A stretch of DNA of 64,000 bases from Octopus vulgaris (lineage: Eukaryota), in NCBI GenBank assembly GCA_951406725.2, contig OX597814.1, positions 214,892,001 through 214,956,000 on the forward strand, written 5' to 3'. The position numbers were made by a program, and so were the translations under genes. This document shows, one piece after another, positions 26,008-36,560 of this stretch. Within the stretch, counting starts at the first letter, position 1. Every line of letters begins with the position of its first letter. The notes under the pieces were generated by a model. The model worked only from the letters and a program-made list of their open reading frames with translations. It did no database searches and had not been told where the DNA came from.

Positions 26008-26420
26008 TTTCTCTCTTTTACTTGTTTCAGTCATTTGACTGCGGCCATGCTGGAGCACCGCCTTTAGTCGAGCAAATCGACCCCGGGACTTATTCTTTGT
26101 AAGCCCAGTACTTATTCTATCGGTCTCTTTTGCCGAACCGCTAAGTGACCGGGATGTAAACACACCAGCATCGGTTGTCAAACAATGCTAGAGGGACAAA
26201 CACAGACACACAAACATATATACACACACACACACACATATATATATACATATATACGACAGACTTCTTTCAGTTTCCGTCTACCAAATCCACTCACAAG
26301 GCATTGGTCGCCCCGAGGCTATAGCAGAAGACACTTGCCCAAGATGCCACGCAGTGGGACTGAACCCGGGACCATGTGGTTGGTTAGCAAGCTACTTACC
26401 ACACAGCCACTCCTGCGCCT
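26008..26420 (-). mobile_element. SINE family B, full length
   Basis: Family match. Confidence 0.9.
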
Positions 26421-26429
26421 GAATGAGTG

Positions 26430-27750
26430 TATATGAAAAGGTCTCGTTGCTCTGTGCCTATTTCGGACAATCCCTGCTGATAGCACTTCCATGTTTGTTT
26501 TTATTTCAGAAAGTCCCAAACAAGGTTAGAAACCACTTAGTGTAGGGGACTATGAAGAAGGAGTAGTTAAGATGAAACGAATGAATTTACTTTTGAGTTG
26601 AAAGAGTTCAGTACCTGAGAAGAAGGAAAACAATGAGACAGAAGAGAGTTCCAAAGTCTGGCAGTTCGAGGGAAAAAATCTACAACTGTAGAAAGACTTA
26701 TTTATTCGTGAAAGCACAACAGCATTTGGATGAAGACACTGTGAGCTTTGAGTCGAGCGAGATGGACTCAGTCGAGATAAATTCCCCAAAGGGGCTCTAA
26801 AAGAAACCAGCCAGATGATTCTCCTCGTTAGAGGCCAGAACTCAATCGAGCTATAGTAAACTAATCAGTTCATTGGTTCAGCGCTTCGCGGTGTTGATTA
26901 GCAACATGAATCAATGCTGAACTCAAAGACTACTGACCTCTCCGGGTTAATATTTGTTCCTGTTAGTAACGATTACACTGACAATATTATCAACGTCATC
27001 CACATAACACGAAACTGTTCTACCACATTCTAGTTTGAACAGGTTGTTTCTAAAATCCGCCTGTTTTCTCTGTAATGACTCTAGAATCAATATATAAAGA
27101 AAGAACGAGAGAGTGTTCTTGAGTCAGAAATGACACAGGAGGGGTAATTGCCTGTTTGGGACAAACTATGCAGGTAAGGAAAGACAAAATAATCAATCCT
27201 GTCCAAAAAAAACGAACAAGTCCACAAAGTGGTGAAACCATCTTGCTCGTATTAGTTCTGTGTCCGTACATTGTTGACCCGTGGGCTTGTGGCGAACAGC
27301 TGGTACCATGATAGACTTGGCTAACAGCTAACAGATCCGGATATCAACGGAGTTTAACGAACTACGGCCTCTTTGGAAAGATAGAGCAGCTATCTTCATC
27401 TTCCCGCTACGGCAAAGAAAAATGTGTTGTGAATGAAGTTTAAGGATTTGAAGACCGAGTTTTCTTTTTATTCATATCCTCATTAACATTTTTCAAGTAC
27501 CCTTTGAAGAGAAGGGTGAGGTGGAGAGGGATGTAGTACTCTTTTGTATTTTTAATGCGAGGAGAGTGGAAGCAGTGAAACTGAAGAAACAAAACTGGTC
27601 TTCTCTGTTTGCGTGAATCTAAATGGGCGGTAAGAAACTCAAATGGTTATCTAGGACTTTTAAGCTTACTACCTTAAACAGTTTTACCTCTACTTGAGAT
27701 ATTGACGTTTTATTGTTATCGATTTATTATTGGTTTCGCTTTCTTTTTTA
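26430..27750 (-). mobile_element. Possible highly degraded L1/Tx1-like ORF2 remnant
   Basis: Scattered APE-like peptide traces (LDR-like near 27200); many stops. Confidence 0.25.
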
Positions 27751-27892
27751 GCTTTTCTATATTTCTACTGATTTGTATTTCGTCCTTGTACTGTCCCAAC
27801 ACCACAGAAATATTATCTGAAGAGGTGGAATCCACCATTGACTTGGGTTACATTGAAAACCCGAAACAAATTTAGGAAGTCTAAACAAGTCA

Positions 27893-27939
<47 letters not shown>

Positions 27940-27949
27940 TAATAATAAA

Positions 27950-30145
27950 TTGAATGAACTCTTACGAGGCAACGACCACACTTGAGTCAGAAACAATCAT
28001 AACGCTTGAACACCCCTTCTAGGAGACGGAAACTTCAAAACTTAAACCAGGATTACAGGAATCCTATATCCTAGGGTGGAGATCCTATCAGTGATGGATC
28101 ACGGGAAAAAATGCTGGTGGTCCTACAACCTAAAATTCACCAACCCACATCCTGACTGCTGAAATGTCAAATAAAAATAGAAATGAGAACAGCGTGGATG
28201 AGGCTGGAACACCTTGTGAGTAGCGTGGGGTCAGTCGTCATCAAGCAACTGCTAAAAGAAGGTGGACGAAAGAAATGAGTGTGGCTGTAATGGAGTGCTA
28301 CTTTCTGGGTAATCCGAGAAATGATAGGGAAGTACTCGCTAGGGTATATAGGAAAAAAAATGCACAGGGAATGGAGCGACAGAGGCCTATTTGAATTAAG
28401 TGAACAAAACCTGTGTGACCAACCATCAGGAAGAATGAATGGTTATCTCCAGTTGAACAAGAAAGTATTGGGACGGGTGTTTAGTGATAGTAAGACCAGC
28501 GGTGAACGGAAGGATGAGGAAAAAAATACAGATAATGAAACTATGGCAGTAGAGTTAAAGAAAGAAAACGAGCATGAGGCTAAGATTATTGAGTAGGAAA
28601 GCAATGACAGAACCGCGGAACAAATATCCATTTTAAATGAAATCATTGATATTTGAACCTCTGGTGAGCAGAGCTTTCATAGGGGTTTTACAAATGTTGA
28701 CAGGGAGAAACTCAATGAATGGATCAGGAAAATAAATTATATCACTGGTGATATCAGGACTGACAACATCAAAGACAACAACAATCTGATAAATGTAATT
28801 TCGATCTTTATAGCCCGGAAGTTAGGTTTGAAAGCCAAAGGTAAATGTCAACATAACCTGAAGGAACCATGATGGAAAAGGAGAATAACACAATCTATTA
28901 ACGAGACCAGAAAGCATATCAATATTCTGGAATGGAAAAAGAGAAATGAAGTTCAGTGAAAGAAATATATTGAACTAGAGAGGAAGTATGGGGTGAAGAG
29001 AAAGGGAATCAATGTTGTGATTGAGGAATTAAAACAGAGGTTGAAAGCTAAAAGCACATAAACTAAAGAGATATGAACATAGAATTGAGCAGTAAAGATT
29101 AAACAACCTTTTCGAATAAAATCAGAAACGAGTCAATCGGGCACTGAAGTTAAAGGTTCTAGTCAAATATATGGTCTCAGGAGAAACAACACGAAACTGA
29201 AGCAGTAGTTGAAGACACTCAAAGAGGAGAGTGGAGAGTCTCAGCAGAAGGATTTGAGATTAACCGAGGAGATGATTGGAGATCAGTGCAGGAAATTTTT
29301 TAACTGGAAAGCGCCTGGTCTAGATGGGGTTCAGGTTTTTTTTACTTAAAAACCTGACAGCTCTGCCCAGGAGAACTGCGAGACAGCTGGACGAAATACT
29401 GACTAGTGACATTCAAGTACTGGCCTGGACGACAAAAGGAAGAATGGTACTATGTCAGAAGGGAATGCGGTTGGAAATTGATAAAAGCACTGATTCGCCA
29501 CAGTGTAGGATGTGCTCTGAGAAGGGAGAAAGTATAAGCCATATTGTTAGTGAGCGATGTAAGCTCGCACAACGCGAATAAAAAAGGTGACATGAAAATG
29601 TGGCCAGATATGTCCACTGGCTGTTGTACGGTAAAGCAAACCTCGAGAGAGCCGAAAAATGGTATGAACACAAACCAGAGAGAGTAATGGAAAACGAACA
29701 TTACAAAATACTCTGGGATTTTAACATGCAGTGCGACCAAGTCATAGAGGCGAGACGACCAGATATCGTGCACATCCATGAACATGAAAAAGAAAAATAA
29801 TAGATGCTGCAATACCAGGCGATTTGAGGGTGAAATGTAAGAAACAGAAAAGATTGAGAAATACTAGCCACTGCGAAACGAGATAGGAAAGGTATTGGGG
29901 GGGGCATGACGAAAGTAATGGTGAGACCGGTGGTAAGTGGAGCATTGGGAGCAGTTTCCAAGGGCTTTGCAAAACATACTAACAATATTGCAACTGCTGT
30001 CAGGCTTGTGGTGATGCAGAAGACAGCATTGTTTGGTACAGCTCACATTCTAAAGAGAGTGTTGTCTCTTTGTGATTTGTTGTTGCTTGCTTTCAAGTAA
30101 TGAATAACTGGTAATTAAGAACTATCCGAGAATCTTTCGTAGTAG
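27950..30145 (+). mobile_element. R4/Dong-clade non-LTR retrotransposon, degraded, RT core deleted, inserted in (TAA)n
   Basis: NWKAPGLDG, CRMC..ES.SHIVS zinc knuckle, RHENVA-like, ILWDF, RRPDIV (restriction-like endonuclease PD motif), GALG, MQKTALFGTAHILKRVL. (TAA)n on both sides. Confidence 0.88.
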
Positions 30146-30170
30146 TAATGGTGATAATAATAACAATAAT

Positions 30171-30231
<61 letters not shown>

Positions 30232-30234
<3 letters not shown>

Positions 30235-30444
30235 TCTACTATTGGTACAAGACCTGAAATTTATGGAGAAGGGAATTGTCCATTACATCGATTCAAGTGC
30301 ATAACTGGTACTTATTTTAACGGCCTCGAAAGGATGAAAGGCAAAATCAATCTCGGTGGAATTTAAAGTCAGAACGTTAAGATCCAGAAAAAATACCGTC
30401 AGCATTTCGTCCGACGCGTTTACGATTCTGCCATCTCATCGCCT
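30232..30444 (-). mobile_element. SINE family A, diverged
   Basis: CGAAAGGATGAAAGGCAAA...GGAATTTAAAGTCAGAACG...TTCTGCCA. Confidence 0.75.
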
Positions 30445-30520
<76 letters not shown>

Positions 30521-30660
30521 ACTGCTGCTACTACTACTTCTACTACTACTACTACTGCTACTACTACTGCTGCTTGCTACTACTACTACTACTACTACTA
30601 CTGCTACTACTACTGCTGCTTCTACTACTACTACTACTACTACTACTACTGATGCTGCTG

Positions 30661-30707
<47 letters not shown>

Positions 30708-30711
30708 GCTG

Positions 30712-30759
<48 letters not shown>

Positions 30760-30776
30760 ACAACAACAACAACAAC
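30445..30776. repeat. (TAC/TGC)n then (AAC)n microsatellite
   Basis: Direct trinucleotide repeats. Confidence 0.95.
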
Positions 30777-31629
30777 GACCTATTTAGCCTCTGATGTCAG
30801 TTGGGCCAATTATCATGAAAGTTAAACCAAAACAGCTCTTCAAACATTCTTAGAATGCCCAGAAAAATTACTACATACGTGTAAAGGTATGTTGAAATGA
30901 TTCATTTTCGACCAGATATCGATATTTGGTCCAATTTCTTCCCGATCTGAACAGCGTTGTTTTTGATATGAAAGTATTTGTCATGTCTGTCATGTCTGTC
31001 ATGTCCATTTTTGTCACACACGTCACACCAAGTCCATGGGAATTGTGACATTATTGCCCAGCAAATTCATTAGCATTTCTTTAAATTTCAAGGTCGATGT
31101 AAGTAAACATTTTGCTGGTTTGGAGACATTCAGAAGAATTAGCAGTTAATATTTTTCGGTGGAAAAAAGTTATTTTGTGTGAATTCACACATGTCAAACA
31201 TTTGGGACCCTTTTCAAAAATTTCAACATACATTCCAGGTAAAAACTTTAAACACTATTGTGAAAAAATGAATCAATACAAATTTTTTAAATGTTTATAG
31301 CTTAGATATTTCATAATTGTTGTTTCTGACTGCCAGATACGTCACACGAAAATAGCCCAATAAATGCATTTAATTTCTTTCACACAAAAAAAAATATTGG
31401 TTTCAAATTTTGGCACAAGGCCAGTAAATTCCATGTGGAAAGAAAATTTTGTGACATGCTTGTCCCAGATATTCTATTTTTCTGTGAGTTACCCCATTTT
31501 CAGAATTACTTTCTCTCAGCTGAAACTGGCGAGGTATGTGTTCCTTTTATTTGTTTGGTTCGCCGTTTGTAAAGTCATTTTTGGGGGGAATGAGGTGCAA
31601 ATGCCTATGCTTGCTAGTTTAAATTATCA

Positions 31630-31810
31630 GATCTTTTTTGTTTTCATTTTTTGTTTCCTTTTATTATTGTGGGGTTAGTTATTTTACATTTTTTGTTTTT
31701 GCATGAAAGGGGTTCAAGTAATCCATTGGGATTAAATAGAGATTTAGATAAAATTCCTTTTCATCATTATCATAGATATAAGGATATTTTTGAGTTTCTT
31801 GTAATTTTTC
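31630..31810 (+). pseudogene. CYTB: NUMT: mitochondrial cytochrome b fragment
   Basis: [22 protein letters not shown](S)GSSNPLGLN(S)DLDKIPFH..(S)YKDI with AGA/AGG read as Ser (invertebrate mitochondrial code). Contains the conserved HFLxPF and LHxxGSxNPLG motifs. Confidence 0.93.
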
Positions 31811-32125
31811 AATGTAAAAAAAAAAAGGTAAGAATGTGTATATAAAATTCTTGAAAGCTTGTTGAAAATTCTTAGGAACGTTTTCGCCAGATGAAGACAT
31901 TTTGTTACACAACTAAGCGAATATAGACAAATAAAATAAAAATGATCAGCAGCAAACCATAATTTTGTCCGTTCGAAAGTAAAAGATATGTTTACTGAAA
32001 TATTCTGAAGTGAAATAATTCAAAATAATTGTTTCCTTAAGTGCAAACATGTTTGTTCTCCTGAAAACAACAATAACAAAAGCAGCAGCCGCAACAGCAA
32101 CGACAATAGTAATTTCTTTAATTTG

Positions 32126-32790
32126 CTCCGAGGGAGTTTGGTCTTGATAGCCTTTCGTAACTGCCTCAGTAAGTTGGCATAGTACTCTCCATTGGTAGTG
32201 TGGCCCTTTTCAAGATAGTCAATAAGCACAATGCCCTTTGCATCCCACCAAAATTGAGATCATCATCTTGATGAATCGACCTTGGCATTATTTGGAGCAG
32301 GTGAGGAGGCGGTGTTTCCACTGCATGAATTGTCCTTTTCTCTTTGGCTCAAAGTGATGAAGTCAACTCTCATCCTATGTTAGGAAACGTTCAAAGAAAC
32401 CAGTCGAATCTGTCTGAAACAATGTCAGATTTTCCTCTGATGTGTTTCAGTCTGGAGCACTATTTGATCAGGTGTCAGATGGCGTGACACCCACAGGGCA
32501 GAAATCTTCGTCATACCATTGTGCAGAACATTTTCAACTCTCTCTCGGGATATGCTAATAGCATTGGCTATTTGGTTTATAGTTAATCGCCTGTCATCGA
32601 TCACCATGTGATGAACACAATTAATGTTTTCCTCGCTTGTGTCAGCAGCAGAATCTCCTTTCCCCATCTAAATTCAACTGCCTACATTTGCACTGTTGAT
32701 AAAGCTGGAGCGTTATCCCAAATGTAGCAACCATGTCAGCATGAATGTCCTTGGGAGTAAAACCATTTTCCTGCAGGTACTTCCAACCGA
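32126..32790 (-). mobile_element. Mariner transposase fragment
   Basis: DRRLTINQIANAISISRERV HTH, WVSRHLT (WVPxxL), DYLEKGHTTNGEYYANLLRQLRKAIK. Close to the 13446 family. Confidence 0.88.
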
Positions 32791-32794
32791 TGTC

Positions 32795-33500
32795 TCCAAC
32801 TTAAAGACACACGCTTGGTATAGTTCCATTCACCCTAACTCTTTTCGCTATAGTCATCCTTGTTTTGACAAAGTCGCTGAAGAAAATCTCTTCCGTCTTC
32901 GTTTTTACTCTCCTTTGCAAGTGAAACTTGCAGTTAATGACCGCTTTCCCTAAGAGGAAGGCCCTCAATCATTTCAGCCTCGTCCACCACGCAACATTTT
33001 TTGCTATGGCCCCTTTTACAAAGGAACACTGCTTGCTCCGCCTTGTTAAAGGCAGGTGGTGAAGTGATCCTCACGCTGGGACTCCGCCCATAGCCGAATT
33101 TGTTCTACACACGAAAACAACTGTCCGATATTACTACACAAGTTAACAATGCTCGGACACTATGAGATGGATTCCTTTAGTACAAAGGAGGAATCTCTCT
33201 TCTCCCCAAATGAAATGAACTTCACAGCTTTTCCCATGATCAACAAAGATATAATAGACAACGTATATAAATTTCTAGGGGTAAAAGGGGGCTTTCCAGG
33301 CGAAGTTGCGAATCAACGAATAGATGTAGCAATGACAATTTCTTTGTACGACAGCCGACTGCAGAATGTGTGCTCTGACCCAAGAACACATTCCAGCAAA
33401 TTCTGGACGCAATAGCTTTAAGCTATAAGGGGAAAATAAAAAAAAATATCGGCATCCCCAGAACTGTGGGATACTATGATCAATGTCATCCATTTCGTCC
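32795..33500 (-). mobile_element. Degraded L1/Tx1-like ORF2 3' fragment
   Basis: Minus-strand RNFAWKAPF and KFHLQRRVKTKTEEIFFSDFVKTRMTIAKRVRVNGT resemble a LINE C-terminus. Confidence 0.4.
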
Positions 33501-33878
33501 CCATTTATGTATTTTCTGTTTTTGTGAGAGACGTAGGAAGTAAAGCGCAGTTCTTTAGATTATTATTTTCATTGGCTGCTACTTTATAAGCTTCTAGCGT
33601 TGTTTCGAGTCTGACATGTTCCATTTTCCGTACTTTTTACGTATGCTATTCGAATTCTTTTTTTTTATATAATAATTTAATATGATAATATAGTCTTCAT
33701 CCTTATTATCTGTTATTTCTTGTGACTGCGGGACGGAATCGTTTCAAGCGGTCATATGAACTACGCCCCGATGGTTTGTTTATGCATAGCATCAGATCAA
33801 TGATCATTATGAACATCAGTAATATATTAATTATATGTGCTATGTAATATATTAATTATGAACATCTGTAATATATTA

Positions 33879-33946
<68 letters not shown>

Positions 33947-33951
33947 TATAT

Positions 33952-34153
33952 AGGGAGAGTTTACGAAAAAAACAAAAGACGAAGACAGGTGGTGTACAAA
34001 ACAAACTGATGTATTAGTATAACGCTCAGGAATAGAAAAAAGTCTTTTACGTTTCGAGCCTACGCTCTTCTACAGAAAGGGACACAGAAAAAACAAAGAG
34101 AGAAACAAGGAGAGAAAAAATGTTTGTAGTGGCTAACGATCTATAATGGCGAC

Positions 34154-34158
<5 letters not shown>
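33952..34158 (-). mobile_element. Short PLE-type terminal element in (TA)n
   Basis: Flanked by (TA)n on both sides; contains a hammerhead-like motif. Confidence 0.65.
34044..34079 (-). ncRNA. Minimal type I hammerhead-like motif, core CUGUAGA(A)
   Basis: CUUU CUGUAGA A GAGC-GUAG-GCUC GAAAC GUA AAAG; stem III reduced to the palindrome ACGU. Confidence 0.6.
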
Positions 34159-34224
<66 letters not shown>

Positions 34225-34516
34225 TGTTTACGAGTATTACTCAATTATCTATCAACATTTACATTTTAAAAAATTTGATTAGTTGTTTTTTAATCGTTGT
34301 TAGATATTTTACGAAGTAGTGAAGTAGTATTCTCTCATGCTAAGCGTGTGTGTTTTGTTGCTGTTGTTGAAGACGAAGTCGTAGTCTATAATCGTCTCTG
34401 CCACCACCGCTACCAACACCAACGCCGTCACCACTACTGCTGCTGATTTTATGCTAGCTTTTACCGCTCTACAAAGTGTATATTTCTGATACTTGAGCGC
34501 GTGCAACATTGACTTC

Positions 34517-34930
34517 GGATCTTTTCGGTTTGAACGGCAGGTTTTTTTAGCGGTGTCATATGAAATTGTCACCCATAATTATGACCCTAGTATCGATCTA
34601 TTGCATTTCTATCTGTTTTAGGGTTAGGGTTAGTTAGGGTTAGGGGTGCGGGGAGGGTATCTTTTTTTCTTCACAAATGTAAATAAACCCAATCTGTTTC
34701 TTAAACGAGGGACATATTCATACGGCACAGAATGGACGTAATTGATTGGTTGAAATTGCAGAAATTGAAGAAAAAAAAAAACTACAAATATCTTACAAAC
34801 TATAGAATTTTCTCAATAAAGCCAAGAGAAAAAGATGTTTTATAAACACATTCTACCGGCATACGAAGTTTAACATTTTTTAGTTACCTAGAAATTATGT
34901 TAAAAACTGCCGTTCAAACCGAAAAGATCC
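34517..34930. mobile_element. MITE with 24 bp TIRs, 8 bp TSD and internal TTAGGG repeats (Merlin-like)
   Basis: TIR GGATCTTTTCGGTTTGAACGGCAG; TSD TTGACTTC at 34509-34516 and 34931-34938. Confidence 0.85.
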
Positions 34931-35639
34931 TTGACTTCTAGTAATGTAGTGTTGCATCTATAATGGGAGGCGATTGTTAACCAAGATACTGGTAGGGTAT
35001 CTTGTGACTCCCATTATAAATTTAAATCCAGTCAAACGAAGTAACAAGTCGAAGACAAAGTGAGATAATAAATCCGAATAACATTTATTTTCAGGCTCGA
35101 AGTTTGGCTCTCGTTAACCATCTCTAGCGTAGTGTATTGTCCGCCGTGTTGGATGTGTGAGGCAGCGAGTTGCTGCTTCTAGCGTGAGAGGCGCGCAGGA
35201 ACAGAGAGTGAACAAGCTCAAGAGCTGTCTTATATAGGTGTCCTTCCGGGAAGGCTTACTGTCTCGTTGCGCATGCCCACCGGAAGTTTGTGAGATCTCG
35301 CTCCGGTGTGGAGCAGCTAATGGCTGCCAGCGAGATCTCAATATGGCGCGTCTGTCATTCAATATGGCCCGTCTGTGCGACACTACAAAGGGCTCCCCGC
35401 TGAGAATTCAGGTTCGAAATTAAAAAGTTGTAGGAGAGCACAAGAACGCAGAGAATGACAGTGAGAGCAGATAACAATAAGTGTTGCACAATGAAATAAG
35501 TGAAAAAAGAAAATTGATTACAATCAAAATACAAGAGACATGCACAAACTGATCTTTGCAAAGTTCAACGTCAAGGCATTGAAATGTTCAGCACACAAGA
35601 AAATAAATGTCTTTTCATAGGAAAGAAAAAGAAAAAATG

Positions 35640-35829
35640 TCATAAATAAGGGACCGTTTGTCAAACGAATCGTTCATAGTCGACACCGGTTCTAGTTGTT
35701 CTATTTGGCCTTTGCGTCTCGTTATAGACAAGCCAAAACGCCCAGAAATCACCTTGCACGCGGTCAATTGGTCTCTCACCGCGACATACGGCCAGGTTTC
35801 CTTACACCTTGACATTAATCTTCGTCGAC
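35640..35829 (+). pseudogene. Retropepsin (aspartic protease) fragment, inverted relative to gag
   Basis: DRLSNESFIVDTGSSCSIWP...LHAVN...TYGQVSLHLDINLRR. Confidence 0.8.
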
Positions 35830-36560
35830 TGGAAGGAACAAGGCTGAATGCAACTTACGGTCTTTATGCATATATATCTGGCTTGGTGCCAACAGGGATC
35901 GGAGCTAGGTGAAAAGGAATCGGTTGAGCGTGAACGGGACCGGTTTCGACCGCGAGGGCGCGAAGAGTTAGAGCGTCCTTCCCAAAGCGCGTCCATTCGC
36001 CATGTCAAGGTTTGAAGTCTCTCCAAAATATCGTGACGAGGGAGAAGACTTGTCAGAGGCAGTGGAGGAAACCTCGGAGCAAGAGTAGACATGGCGAGGT
36101 GCTGACTGGATAGCGAACTCTAAATTTTTATCGGCCATGGTAGCTAGCTGATCCACGGTGTTGGTATCAACCGCTGTGGCTAAGGTGGTTTGCACATTGG
36201 GAGATAGACGGGAGAAGAAAAGCTTTAACAAAAGTGAGTTATCCTCGGATGTGTCACTGAGTTCGCGTAAATGCCTTAAGAGTTGAGACGGCGGCGTCCT
36301 GTCGGTCGCCTAGCTCTTCATCCTGCATGATTTGCTTAAACTTACATTCCCCAGATTTAGTATTCCATCGGAGAATCTCAGACTTAACTACCTCGTAAGT
36401 CGCATCCGGGCGAGGGTCAGTGATTAGGTCTCTCACTGAACTGGCGTCACAAAAGAGATTTGATTGTCGCTGCGAAGGTACCGCATGTGCCGCGAAATAA
36501 GCCTCCAATTGTGCAACCCAAAGCGTGACGCCACCAGTGAAGGAAGGAAGATTAGGGAAA
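35830..36560 (-). pseudogene. gag: Gypsy gag, frameshifted
   Basis: LPSF..LWVAQLEAYF, ELGDR, LFFSRL..VQTTLA, LATMADK, RSRSRS and CWH...C..PC.F are typical of Gypsy Gag. Confidence 0.8.
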
